Shown: piece by piece, positions 36,363-49,067 of the stretch
Position numbering within the stretch: the first letter of the stretch is position 1
How the letters are laid out: each line of letters starts with the position of its first letter
From: Pseudovirgaria hyperparasitica
Lineage: Eukaryota
Assembly (NCBI GenBank): GCA_010093815.1
Contig: ML996568.1
DNA: 64,000 nucleotides
Reading direction: 5' to 3' (one strand)
The notes under the pieces: generated by a model
Database searches by the model: none
What the model was told of the DNA's origin: nothing
Seen by the model: only the letters and a program-made list of their open reading frames with translations
Made by a program: the position numbers and the translations under genes

Positions 36363-36450
36363 AGGTCCTACCCGGAATTGAACCGGGGTCCCCGGAAGAT
36401 AGAGGAAAAGAGATCAGAATCCGATGTGCTAACCACTACACCATAGAACC
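36363..36450 (-). tRNA. tRNA-Gln(CTG) with 16-nt intron
   Basis: GGTTCTATGGTGTAGTGGTTAGCAC-ATCGGATT-CTG-A-[intron]-TTCCGGGGACCCCGGTTCAATTCCGGGTAGGACCT; stems pair. Confidence 0.95.
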
Positions 36451-36747
36451 ATAACGTACTTGTGAATTGAGAGAGCTCTCTATATTCCTAGGAACACACA
36501 TGCTTTTCCGCAAAGCGTGAAATGATGTCATATGTCTGCCCCTCCCAACGCCCGAGGTCAATCTTTCTGCTATGTGGGGGCATCATCCATACCTAGTAAT
36601 GTCTATAGCTACTACGTCAGAGTAGCAAACAGTAAAAATAAGAATGTAAGCCCCTGTAAACTCTCCTTCAGGGTGCTCACACTTGCATACCAAACGCACC
36701 ACAACCACCCAATCACAGCCTCATATACCGGAATCTTTTCGCAATAA

Positions 36748-37316
36748 ATGGCTCCAAAGAAGCTCGACACCCCACCCTCAGAGGTCCCCGTTTCCAGGTT
36801 TGAGAACGAACTGACAGGGTCGTGTCTCTGCGGCTCGATAAGCGTGTCGATACAGGACAAGGAACTGTTTGTGGGGAAGAAGCGTGGGCACCTGTGCCAC
36901 TGTGCAAACTGCCGCAAGGTCGCGGGTAGTCACGTTGCGAGCAATCTGCTGATTGAAGAAGAGAAGGTGAAGATCGAGGACAAGAACGGGATTTTTAAAT
37001 GCTATCTAGATGGCGAGACCCTGAGTGGTAATAAGCTTGAGCGATGGTTTTGCGGCCAATGCGGGAAGTAAGTTCGATAGTACTACTTGTGTGCTTTAGA
37101 ATTAATTTGGGAAATTAATCGTACTGTAGTCCGATCAAGTCTGTCTCGCCACTATATCCCGGCAAGGTAATCCTTAAGATGGGAATCTTCCCCCGAATAC
37201 CAGAGCCCGAGGCGGAGGCGTATTCAGTGAATCGACAGGTTTGGGAAGGAAGAAATAAGGATGTCAAGATGTATGCGACAAAGAATTTTGGAGATGTATA
37301 CACTGGGGACTTATAG
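36748..37316 (+). CDS. GFA/CENP-V family zinc-binding protein
   Basis: GSCLCG, HLCHCANCRK and RWFCGQCG; intron 37068-37128. Confidence 0.9.
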
Positions 37317-37908
37317 AAATTACACCATCGTCTTAGACCCACTTTTCTATCTTATATCATGCAAACTGACTTTACTTGAAACAGACAACTACAGTGATTA
37401 GCCGAAAAGTCTAGACAGCCAGAGTGTACTTAATTTCTCATAGTTCAAATACATGACTAGATGAGCCAATCTATATACTCGTTACTATGATGTCTAGGTA
37501 GAAGTTATAAACCGACTGTTCGCTTCATTCCTGCAGACCAGGAAGCTCTTGACTCACACATGAAATACGGATATAATTAGAGGTTCATAAGTATGAGGGC
37601 TTGTCAGGAACTAATAGCGACATGTTGCAAGACAAAGTCAGAGAAAAACATATTCATTCTCTTCTCAGTAATATACGCTATGTAATGTCGCTATCCAGAC
37701 CTCGATTGTGACCTGTATCTTGCAAGTAGACATACCAGGCCAGATATGTTTGGAAATGGACCATTGCACAAATGTCGTAGGCATGATAAGACGCCCTCTG
37801 CGGATATTTTATGGTGGGAATGCGGAGCAACTGTCTGAGACAAATGGGGTTCAGAAGCCCTGGTCCGGCGTATTGATTGTATTAGAGTCTCCTGTCCACC
37901 ATTAATGT

Positions 37909-38523
37909 CTAACGATACTTTGATCTTATGGGTATCGAGACAAACGCAGTACTATCCGGCGAAGAGGCGAGGTTCATGTCCTCTTGTAGATCCTCGGCAT
38001 TGTAGATATAAGTATCCTCCTGGGTCTCGACTGAGCCCATCTCTTCATACCAAGCCATCAAAGAGAAGGGACATGCGTGTGGTGCACATTGGAAGAGTAT
38101 GGGTGGACAGTTTTTGTATTTGTTAGCTCGATCAGCAGGCGCGCTCCTGATTTGCTGAGCTTGTTTGCTGTTCTGCTCTAGCTTGACCCATGTCATGATT
38201 TCGTTCGTCAAGTTGTAGTACATGGGGACGAAGTATTCAGATGTGGGTTGCTTGGGTCGATCATGCCACTGAATCTGTATAGCAAGGCTGTCTGGGCGAT
38301 GCAGAGGGGGATTAGGGTTGTCGGTACCAAAGCCTAAGTCGAACCATCGCGAGAGTTGGTCAGTGAGAAACTGTTCTAGGACGAATCTGTCGTTTCGTAT
38401 ACAGGATCTGCTTGGACTGATGATCTCATAGCACCAAATGAGTTCAGGTTTGTCGTCAAAACTTGATTCGATCTGTTCAAGAGCTTCGAGCTCGGGGGTA
38501 ATCATTGTCGAACAGAGGGACAT
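37909..38523 (-). CDS. Hypothetical protein (possibly 5'-truncated)
   Basis: ~200-codon ORF with protein-like composition and no recognised motif; in-frame TAG just upstream. Confidence 0.4.
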   Translation of the reverse strand: MSLCSTMITPELEALEQIESSFDDKPELIWCYEIISPSRSCIRNDRFVLEQFLTDQLSRWFDLGFGTDNPNPPLHRPDSLAIQIQWHDRPKQPTSEYFVPMYYNLTNEIMTWVKLEQNSKQAQQIRSAPADRANKYKNCPPILFQCAPHACPFSLMAWYEEMGSVETQEDTYIYNAEDLQEDMNLASSPDSTAFVSIPIRSKYR

Positions 38524-39223
38524 CTGGTATGTGGTGATGTAACAACTCTTGGAAAGCAAAAGCCGGTCGAAAGTTGAAATGGACTAAGTACTGGTGAAGT
38601 GATATTTTTGGTAGTGGAGAATTTCAGATAATGCGATAGCTATGACAAGAACGGAACTTTGTCTAGAAGACTCAGGACTGAACACACTGTTGGCCACTGC
38701 AAGCTTGTAAGTGACCTACATTGAAAGTGCGGCCATGCCATACTGTTGTTGCCATATGCCATGTTTGACTGGGGTGTTTACGGAGTGAAACATAGGCAAC
38801 AGCAATTGGGACGGTCGAAACTTCTTACTCAACGGTACAGCTGACGGCCAAGCGTCGGGACCTCGGGGCGCAGTCTTAAGCATGACACGGCGTCCCGAAT
38901 TCAAGCGAACTAATGTTACTATGGATGTACTAATTGATTTTTATTTACGCGGCGCTTTAACGTCAACAACAGCGCGGGCTCCTCACTAACCCCACGAAAT
39001 ATGGATCCATATACCCTGTCAAGCCTCGGCAGCTGGTCTTGTGTAGTCCTGGTACCGACCTCTGGAACTCGGTCATCGGAGAGATAACCCACACAAATAG
39101 GAGCCACTGATAGTTAAAAAGCCGCAGGTCTCGTGATGGCTGCGATTCTCGAGTACAAAAGTCTGTTGGATCCCTTAGCAAACCCGTCTCGAAAGTTACG
39201 AGCACGCATCGACCTATACAATC

Positions 39224-39766
39224 ATGTCACCACAGTTTGTGTCCCCTGAGGGCTCAGCGTCACCTGTTAGCCAAGGGTCTTCTATCTCGAAACCCACCAA
39301 ATTCGATGTATCTCACATCTTACGCGTCGAAATCCTTCCCGGAGATTTTGCTTCACGAGCAGTATCGAAGGTCACCCTTCCAGCTGGAGCTCTCTTTACG
39401 CCAATTAAAGGCATCACACCTGCAACCCCAAGCTATTTGACTGTCCAGACCGGCCCGACATCGCATATCAGTCTCAACTCCGATCTTCAGTACATCAACC
39501 ACTCTTGCAGACCAACTGTTGAGTTCGACATGGCAAAAAACGAAATCAGGGTTGCTCGGGACCTCAAAGGAGGGCTCAAAGAAGGGGATGAATTGTCATT
39601 CTTTTATCCTAGTTCCGAATGGAACATGGATCAGCCATTCCAATGTCGGTGCAAGGACGTGCAATGCCTTGGGAGCATTCAGGGCGCCAAGTATCTTGGT
39701 GAAAATGATATGAAGCGATTCTGGTTCAACGACCACATCCTCAAAATGAAAGAGAGGGGCTGTTAG
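39224..39766 (+). CDS. Small SET + post-SET domain protein
   Basis: YINHSCRP, GDELSFFY and post-SET FQCRCKDVQCLG; intronless, 180 aa. Confidence 0.88.
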   Translation: MSPQFVSPEGSASPVSQGSSISKPTKFDVSHILRVEILPGDFASRAVSKVTLPAGALFTPIKGITPATPSYLTVQTGPTSHISLNSDLQYINHSCRPTVEFDMAKNEIRVARDLKGGLKEGDELSFFYPSSEWNMDQPFQCRCKDVQCLGSIQGAKYLGENDMKRFWFNDHILKMKERGC

Positions 39767-40824
39767 ATCAGTGATGGACAAAGCCTGCAATTTCTACCCA
39801 AAGACTCCATTGGTATGCGGCTTCAGGTCCAACGGGACATGTCGTGTATGCGAAGAAGATGTGAGACAGTGAGATGGACACAAGCAGGATTCATTGCGCT
39901 CTTGGATGACGCAACGGTATCCTCCCGACATTCAACATCGCGACGTCGGCTATGAGCATCCCTTCATCAGCATAGAGGACACAAGGGCTAAATCACTGTA
40001 GGTGTAAGGGGAATTCCACATGGGGTTAATCAGATGTAAAAATTTTACGCCAGCTAGTTTGGAACTACACACCGCACGTGAAACATAGCTTGGCTTTGGA
40101 TGATAAGTGTAATTCGCACTCGTGGGTCCTTGTCTTTTCTGTCATTCGACCTGTTCATCGTCTCGATCTGCGTATTTGCTACTCGATTCTGTATCAGACG
40201 TCTCGTGTGTGCAGGTTGAAGTTCCATCGTCCGTCTGTTCTAGATCAAAGTGCTAACCGAAACCGAAAGCAGTTAGCGCTTTCTCCTGCATTTTTCAGCT
40301 CCCGAGCTTTGATGCTATGGACGAAGACGTCTCTTAATTCATTGTCAAAGAATCTGACCGCAATCGGTCGCGACAGAACAGCATCCACATGATAAAAACC
40401 GATTTTGAGACTTTTACCTTAAACATGCTCGTGTAGACGATTCCAGCACTGGCCATAGGACAAGTCATCATTCTGTCTGCTGCTTAGCTGAAAACAACTC
40501 TTCATCCAGGGCAACATCGACGTTGGTACAGAAGAGCCGTAAAAGCGGTCAAGAGAGCAAGCATGCACGATCCACAAGCCTTATGTCGTCTTCTCAGGCA
40601 GGGAACAGGAGTCTTGAGTAATGATCGGATGATTGATTTTATCATAGCAAATTGATAATCAACTCAGACGCAACCAGATCGCCCTCGGGGATCATTGCTC
40701 GTTGAGAAACAAAGGACAAGGAACATCACCAGGAAGATCCTGGTGTGCAAACGTCGATGTAGATCAGGGCCGTGCTCGTGCGTCAATCCGTCAGTTCCAG
40801 GTTGCTTCGCTGAAACTCAGGTAA

Positions 40825-40985
40825 AACTCTCTAGTGTTATAGTATAATTTTAGAAAGATATTGATAGATCAAAACCCGATGCTAGCTAGAATTTTTCAAT
40901 ACCTTCTATATACTTCATACTAAACTGATGTTATGTTAGATTATACAATAAATATAATCCTATTTAGTCGCTGACGTTATACGTG
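40825..40985. other. Short RIP-like AT-rich patch
   Basis: TpA-rich, AT-rich island in an intergenic region. Confidence 0.45.
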
Positions 40986-41367
40986 TGTAGGTTCTGGAGG
41001 CTACTGGGTCGACCGTCACGGAGTGAGTAGGGCGGGGATGACAAAGTATAATCTCTTCATTGACATACGGTGAGAGATCTTGTATTTCTGAGGCAAGAGG
41101 GAGATTTTGTATTTGGAGTCGATAATGGCTAGAGCGATGGAGCTCTAAGAAGCATATGTTGAGATATGTGATTTTGGTAGAGAAGGGGTAATTACGATGA
41201 TAATGACAGTATCAATGATGCGTATGGTCGCGCCTGTTTACCTTTGCACTACTGATGGTACAATTCAAAATCTTGCTGTGCATGAACGTCCAGGTCTTCG
41301 CTCCAACCTAGACTGCTGCGTCCAATTAAGACACACAAACGCCCAACTCCCTAGTTGCAGAAACTTC

Positions 41368-43026
41368 CTAGCTTGACGCCGTGACATAACTGATATCCAT
41401 TCTTCCTTCGCCTACTCCCGCCACCTCCATCGGCCACCTCAGCCATCCGGAATACCTTGCATCAACGCTCTTCTTGATTCCACTCAAGATATGTTCCACC
41501 CACCCACGCATAAACCAGCGATCCTCCATTGTCTTCATCAACACGGTAAAGTATGAAAGTATGATCAGGGCCAGTGGCTCCTTATCCTGTAGACACGCCA
41601 CGAAGTCCGGGTCCATGTGATAGAACCAGATCATGACCGTCGCACTTTCATTCGGTGCTGGTGATGCAAGCTCTGCTGCACTATCTGCATAACACGACGC
41701 AAACGACGGCTGCATACCCTCTAACGCCCGACCAAAGAGGGCGCGGCGTGTAGGCGTTAAAACTGGGTCTGTCGAAGACTCGATGTACGTGCCTAGCTCT
41801 GCAATTTGCGTGCGCCAGGGCATAATGCTACGCGGCCGCTTCATAGCCAGTCGTGTCCCAGCAGGGCTTCCAGGCACGTTGTTCGTCACAGGTGCCAGCA
41901 CGCCAGAGAAAATGGCCTGGGAGCCGGCAGTTGTTATGATGCTACGCACACCTCGGAGCAAGGGGAGCCAGAGAGAGAGACCACCAACGTCGTTGAAGAT
42001 TAGGAAGTCGCCAGGCCGCGGCTGCATGGCGAAGGTGTAGATGCTGACGAGAACAGAAGCGACGTATAGGCCTTGGCAGTTCTCGCTATTTACCGAAGGC
42101 AAAACACGCGTGAGCTCTTCAATGCCAGTTGTGTAGTGTCGCTGGGCGACATAGGAATAATGTTCTGCACGGGACTTGTCGAAACGAGCGATGTGCAATG
42201 CGGCTAGAGCGAGTGGGAAGTGAAGGGCAAAGCTGAATCGGAAGGCCACTTGCATAGCCTGTGTCTGATAAAAGTGATGTCCCAGGGTGTCGCCGGCGAG
42301 CGTTGCAGAGGTGTTCATGATGTAGTGCCATAGTAGCTCTAGATCCTCCACATTCAGATGCTGGTGGACACTTGCGAGGGACAGTCTACTATCCTTGGGG
42401 TCTTCGGAGATGGTGCTCAGGTTATCGTTATTGCTATCCTGTGCGGCTTTGGCATTGGCGGCGGCAGAAATAGACTCCCAGTTCTTGCGAGGACGTCCAC
42501 GGCGGCGGGGAATGACAGTGTCATTGAGGTCATTCGGAGATGGAGACGAGGAGACGATGTCATTTGGAGAGAGGCTGTTCTTCGGGAGAGGGTTGTAGTC
42601 GCACTTGATAGAGAATCGGATGCAATTCGAGCATGCAGGCTTCTCTTCGTCACACTAGGAGGCCAATCAGCACCGGCACTTGTCCGAAATGACATGGCCC
42701 TTGAATACGGAATGCGAAAATCGAGAAATCGAGACTGTCCATGTCCAAATTGGGGAATGAGAGTCTACGTTGTTTCTGTATGTCTGTTTCGTTGTCTCTG
42801 AATCTGTGCATGCTTGAGGCTACCATGGCTCCAAGCATGGTCAAGAGAAACAACAAGCAATAAACACAACACACGGAAATTGCAAAAGAAACCAGCGACT
42901 TACTTTGACACGTCGCCGTTTGCAGTTCTGGCATCCGGCCCTACTCTTCCTATGATTTCTCCTCACATACTTCTTGCCATTGGAATCCACCCCAGAATTC
43001 GCGTTAGGATTGCTTTCCGGGGACAT
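41368..43026 (-). CDS. Zn(II)2Cys6 transcription factor (Upc2-like C-terminal domain) with AT-hook
   Basis: HRKSRAGCQNCKRRRVK|CDEEKPACSNCIRFSIKCDY (intron 42655-42903), RRRGRPRK, DLELLWHY, LALAALH and WLPLLRGV. Confidence 0.92.
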
Positions 43027-43988
43027 ACTGGCTTTCACTCATCCGAAGTACCACGACCTATGATGTCAGCAGGCCAAAGCCACAAGCGTAGCGCCAGCGC
43101 ACTCTATCTCGCAGCCGGACGTGTCGCGTGCTGGGGTTCGATGCAATACCGGCATAAGCGTCCGTCGGCTGTCTGTGCTGGGTTTCCGATCAACAGTCCC
43201 GTCATGCCATGAAGACGAGATACGAAGTGAAGTCCGGACAAGGCCAGAGCGGCGTAAGGCTTAGGCCGTGCTCCGGATGTTGGTTTGCAGCGATTGGTAG
43301 AAGCTGACTGCAGGCGCGAATGCAAAGGGTTAGGGGCCACGGCTACTACCCAGTCTACTCTTTCTCTGTAGGATCGTGAACCCTGCGGGGCTAGACATGA
43401 AATGTTTTTCGTATCCACCGTCTTAAATCGATCACGATGAAGAGCGGTGAGAAGCCGAGAGATGGAGTCACGGATGGACGAGAAGCGCCGAATGCAGTAA
43501 TCTATAAAGACGTCGATGGTTGACGCTCGACACGGGGCATGACTCCTGGAGCTGCGTAGGTGGACATGGCTCAAAGGCTTGACTCGGGAAGTCGTCCACT
43601 TAGTCAGCATCTACCTGTCTAACACTAGTACTTACTACTAGTACCTATCTACCTAGGTACTATGGGGTTATAGACTATAAGACGTCAATCCTGCTGCTCA
43701 TCCTTCTCTTCAGTATCGTATTTGCATAGTAGTAAGTCCAAATTACCGAGTTTAACACATCATCACTCAAGCACGCAAGTCGGCCATCTTTCACAAGGAC
43801 GTCAATGTCGGGTTGTCGATATCATAGCTCCGAAGTTCTTCGTCCGTACGTAGTCATCGCGTCAGCGCCAAGAGGGACATCACCTTTGATAAATATACAA
43901 TCACTTCCTAGCTTCAACTTCGACTTCTACCTGTTGTGATCATAGCATTGTAGGCCTGTAATACGGCTAATCTGCGTAGTTATTTACA

Positions 43989-44995
43989 ATGGTGCATATC
44001 AAGGCAATTAGGGCTGCTAATGCCGAGTTGAAGAGCTTGGGTCCTGGCCTTGTTGCTGTCTTCGGTATGCACTCAATTAACCTACCGTACCCGCTCTCCC
44101 AAACTCACCACATCAAGTTGGCGGTACGTCTGGAATAGGCGAAACCACGGCTCGTGAATTCGTTCGCCAGACAGACTCTCCGCGAGTCTACCTAATCGGC
44201 CGAAACCAGACCCAGGGCACGAATCTGATCTCCGAATTCAAGACCATCAATACCAAAGCCACCGTAAACTTCATTCAGGCCGACGTATCACTTCTCAAAA
44301 ACGTCGACGCCGCCTGCGCCGAGGTTACGTCGCAAGAGTCACACCTGAACCTCCTCTTCCTCAGCCCCGGTCTCCTTACCATGCGCGGCCGCACCGAGAC
44401 CGCCGAAGGTCTGGACGCAAAATTCGCCCTGCACTACTACGCCCGCCTGCGGTTCGTCACGAATCTGTTACCGCTACTTCAGAGTGCCCCAGAGCCACAG
44501 AAACTCTCTCGTGTCATCTCCGTGCTCGCCGCCGGCCTCGAAACATCCCTCAACATGGCCGATCTCCAGCTCAAAAACGCCTACACGCTGAAGGCATGCG
44601 CCGACCACGCGACCACCATGACATCACTCTCTCTCCGCCGTCTCGCTCGACAGTACCCAACGACGAGTTTTATCCACTCTGCGCCCGGAGGTGTGAGGAC
44701 GAATATTGCACGTGACATGAACCCCTTAATGCGACTGGGCATGAATCTGGTTACTCGCCTGCCTCTTCCGATGATTGTCAGCCTGCGAGATAGTGGGGAT
44801 AGACACTTGTATGCCGCCACAAATGCAGCATTCAAGGCGGATGGCAAGGCGCACCTAATTGGTTGGAGTAATGAACCAAGTGCGAACGAGACTGTGCTCC
44901 AAGAGCAAGAGGGATCTGGGATAAGTGAGGAGGTGTGGAAGCATACAGAAGAAGTCTTTGAGAAGGTGCAGAATGAGGGAAAATATGATTCGTGA
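43989..44995 (+). CDS. Atypical short-chain dehydrogenase/reductase
   Basis: LVAVF|VGGTSGIG (intron 44065-44117), EGLDAKFALHYYARLRF, VISVLAAG and FIHSAPGGVRT. Confidence 0.9.
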
Positions 44996-45171
44996 CACTC
45001 GATGGTTCTCTCTGCTTTCATTTGTCTGCAAGCTACGTTGGTGTTTGAAGACATACGAGTTTCGTTACTATTTCGAAAAGGCGTAGATGTATCATTCATA
45101 TCATGGACATGACTATATGCAACGAACAATATTGGGTATCATATCAAACTCACACACGGAATGTCCAGCCG

Positions 45172-47277
45172 CTAACACCTACTCGGGATTCTCCTCACCC
45201 AATCTCTCTCCTCTAACCCATCCATCGCCTCTTCCTCCATCAACAAGGCCTTCATATATTTCGCCATACCATAAATCTCCTCACAATTAAAGTCTTGCAA
45301 TACACCCCCGGCCCCACACCACCTCGCAAAAATACATTTGAATAACAGTAATGGCTCCTCGCTACTCTCGTGTTCCAAGCTCCACAGCAGCGCATCCAGC
45401 TGTTCCTCGCTCCAGCTCCCATTCCTCATCTCCACCGCTTCCAGCAGCGGTCGCGCCGTCGTACGCTCGCCAAACACCCCTATGCGCTCGAACGGGTCCC
45501 CGTTGGCATCGAGGCCGATATTGTCATTACTCGGCACCGCGCTGACGCACAGGAATGGTCTGCGCCGTGGGTTCTTCTCTACGTCGAGGCGCAGCTGGTT
45601 GAGCGCAGACCAAAATTTATATCGCTCATACCGACTGCGCGATTCGGCAAGCTCGCACTCATCGTCGATTGCACGGGCTTCTAAGTCCGCCTTAATACGA
45701 GCTTGGTCGGCAGCCAATTTGCGGGACTCTCTTTCTCTGTGGAGCGCCCTGTTTAGGGTTCTGCAGATTTCCTTTAGCGGGGCGATTGCGTGGGTCTTGA
45801 TCGGTCGCTTGATAGGTAGGTCGGTGGCGGGTTGTATGCCCCAGGCGCGAATCTGAGCCTCGAAATTGATGATCGTCTCGGCAATCCCACGTATGAAATC
45901 GGATTGTTTGAAAGACATAGCGATGGAATTGTCACGAGATGCGAGTACCTCATTTCCGTACGCAGTGTACACTGCCTTGAGGAGCTCACTGAGCTTAGGG
46001 ATGACCATGGTATATGCGTCTTGCACCAAGTACTTTTTGTAGTCCTTGTCGTCCTCATCCACCTCGCTGTTCTCCTCTTCCTCGCTATTCTCATCGTCCT
46101 CGCTGTTTTGGTCACCCCTGCTGTTCTCGTTGTCCTTGCCGCTATGGAGAAGGGTATTTAATCCACTCTTAACTTTGCCAAATAGACTCTGCGCATACTT
46201 GACGTCATCAAGGTTACTTTTCTTAAACTTGTTGATGACCTCGATGCAAAGCTCGACGAATTGCTTGCTTGTCTTGGTCTTACAGTTATCGAAGACGTGC
46301 GAGACAGTTTTGCCACGATGAATTTGAACACCAACATGTCGCGCAGAGTCGAACACGCGCTTAAAGTCAGAATCTAGTCCGTAGAAGAAATCTGGATCAT
46401 GTGGATGTTCCATTTGAGATTCCTCCATTTGAGATTCCTCCATTTGGGATTCCTCCATTTGAGGTTCTTCCATTTGAGGTTCTTCCATTCGAGGTTCCTC
46501 TGTTTGGGGTTCCTCTATTTGTTGTTCGGCTACTCTGCGTGTCTGCGTTGGGCTGGCCTCAGTGCTCGAATCGACAGCTATGTTTGCTTCCACCGAAGCC
46601 TTCTGCCGGGTTGTTCTTGTACTGTCCGCAGTTGCGAATGATGGATTACTGTCTACCTGATCTGCTGTAGCATTTGAGATAATGCTTGCTCTTTCTTGGG
46701 CTCTCGTGGCTTCAGAAGTAGATCCAGTGTTACCTCCAGTGATCCTAGATGAGCGTCTGAGCCCGAGAACAGGACTCTTTGCCTGAGTACTTTTGATTGT
46801 ACTTGTCTTTGGCCTTCCCCTCTTTCTTTTCGTGCCAGGCTTCTCGTTTGATGTAGCACTTTGAGTCTCTTCAATGCTCTGTCGCTCTTTTGAGGAGGCT
46901 GCATTCAAAGATTTTCTTATGATAACGACTGGTCGTAGGGACGACGTCGTGACTGCTAGCTGTTTCCCGAGTTTACCTCCCTTGTTTGTATATTGCGCGG
47001 ACTGTTGTGGGTGTGGTTTTGTTTGTGGGCTTGCTTGAATGATAGCGGCGTTAATATCCGCAGCTGCTTGAGCGTCTTCAGGTCGCGCCAGTGAGGATTC
47101 CGGAACGAAAGATTCTATAAGGTAGGTTAGAATGATTGCCGACTGTCACAATCTGGAGAGTGGTTTACCTTCCTCCAGTTGCTTGCTCACAAGCATCTGT
47201 TGCTCTTCTTGTGCATCATGCGACTCATACCGATGGCCAGCGCTTCCATTGTGGCGGCCTGATCGCCGTCTCGACAT
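45172..47277 (-). CDS. Uncharacterised nuclear protein with AT-hook, acidic repeats and a C-terminal Myb-like motif
   Basis: Frame extends upstream of 46908 via an intron (~47116-47169) to ATG 47277; KRKRGRPK, (EEPQM)n, coiled coil and WSEEQLDALL. Confidence 0.75.
46411..46520 (-). repeat. 15-bp coding tandem repeat (EE[P/S]QM, about 7 copies)
   Basis: Repeated catttgaggttcttc / catttgagattcctc on the plus strand. Confidence 0.92.
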
Positions 47278-47511
47278 TGTGCAAAGCGCAAGGCTTCAGA
47301 TGCACCGCGAGTTCCTTTAAATTCGGCGTTTGTTCTGCCGGACAGGTAATCATATGGGTTGTCCCACTCCACCTGCAGCTACGTTTGGTTGCGTATCGGA
47401 TGCGGTACCAACACGCGTAGCTCTACTAAGCCTTTTCTGCGCAAACACGTGCCATCCTTTGAGAATTGCCAACAGACCAAGTGCATCGCCGGTACGTTCC
47501 GCCAACGTACC

Positions 47512-49067
47512 ATGTCAGAGGTTAGAATAAACCAATGCAGCCTGCCTGTATGGGATGCGGTTACGAAATGTGAATTCACCATTCCCAAAAAGCAGATCAA
47601 TGATGGTGCTGATGTCTCATTCTTTCTATCTTCGATGGCCTATCGAGACATATGGAGCTTCATTTTCCAGCTGAATGCTTCCATATTCCCGAGATTGGCG
47701 CCAAACGACCAAGAATGCCATTCGGGAGTCACGACTTACGAGCTCTCGAGCAAACATGTCACGTATTCGTCAGCTGTGAAAAAGCTTGGTAACCTGATGG
47801 AAGAGCTGAGCAAGATCATCGATGAGGTGCCTCCAGACACAGGGCCGCGTAGGTTCGGTAATGTGAGCTTCAGGAAGTGGTATGAAATTGTCAAGAAAAG
47901 GCTTCCACACATGATGGAAGAATACTTGCCAACCCAGGTACTAAACTTTGGGAATCAATCGTCTGGTGAGGTAACCTCCAAAGATGAATTGGAAGCCTAT
48001 CTTTATGGCAGCTTTGGAAGTGCTCAAAGGCTTGACTACGGCTCTGGCCATGAGTTGAGCTTCCTGGCATTTCTAGGTGGCATATGGAAGTTAGGTGGGT
48101 TCAACGTTACCGAGCATGAAGAAGAAGAGCGAGGAATTGTCCTAGGTGTCGTAGAACCGTGAGCGAAGCCTTCGATCACGAGGTCAACTTACTCAACTTA
48201 CCGCAGATATCTTCGTCTCGTCCGCCGGCTGATTTTGACGTACACGTTGGAACCTGCCGGATCTCACGGTGTATGGGGACTAGACGATCACTCATTTCTG
48301 CCATATATATTCGGCTCAGCACAATTGTCACCACCCATCAGATCTCCGGCTGATATCACTGACGAAGGATCTGTCGATGGCGCACCTAATCCAGCAGACG
48401 TAGCAAAGGCTGACGCTGTTCAACGTGAGAGGAAGACCAATATGTACTTTAGTGCCATTGGTTTCATCTACGACGTAAAGAAGGGTCCTTTCTGGGAACA
48501 CAGCCCAATTCTGTTCGACATATCAGGCGTTAAAGCTGGATGGGCGAAGATTAATAAAGTGAGTGATTATCCTTGTGCTTGCCGGACCGTGGCTTACGCA
48601 TAAGCATCTAGGGTATGATGAAGATGTATAATGCAGAAGTGCTGTCAAAGTTTCCTGTTGTCCAACACTTCCCGTTTGGGTCCATCTACGAATGGCAGAG
48701 AGACCCAGAAGCAGTCACAGCACAGCAAACAGCTCACACATCCAACCAACCAAACAGAAATGGCTATCAAACAACAAGCATGGCCGGCTGTGATAGAGCA
48801 GTACCTGTATCGTCATCTTATACAGCTAGGACAAATGCCACCACACTGCCAACGGCTTCGATAGTGAGTCGTGCACCACCCCCAACAGCAGCACCATGGG
48901 CAAGGGCAAGCTCCCAGACGGCGCCAACCCCAGTCACCCCACAAGGAGATTCTACAGCAGCACCGTGGGCCCGTCGCGGCGGAGCGGGAGCGGCATCCAG
49001 CGAGTTCTCCAGCGCACGCTTGCCGCCAACACAAGCTCCCTGGGCCCGACAACCACCTTCTGGATGA
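47512..49067 (+). CDS. RRD1: PP2A phosphatase activator (PTPA) 1
   Basis: [41 protein letters not shown] and [19 protein letters not shown]-repeat tail; two introns. Confidence 0.95.

Noticed and set aside
40100..40800. Coding-like fragments on the minus strand
   Set aside because: Interrupted and not assignable to any family I recognise.
43104..43610. 168-aa ORF between the TF and the SDR
   Set aside because: No protein-like features; lies in the expected leader/promoter.
45338..46321. Long plus-strand ORFs overlapping the AT-hook gene (and similar antisense ORFs elsewhere)
   Set aside because: Antisense shadows of real coding sequence.
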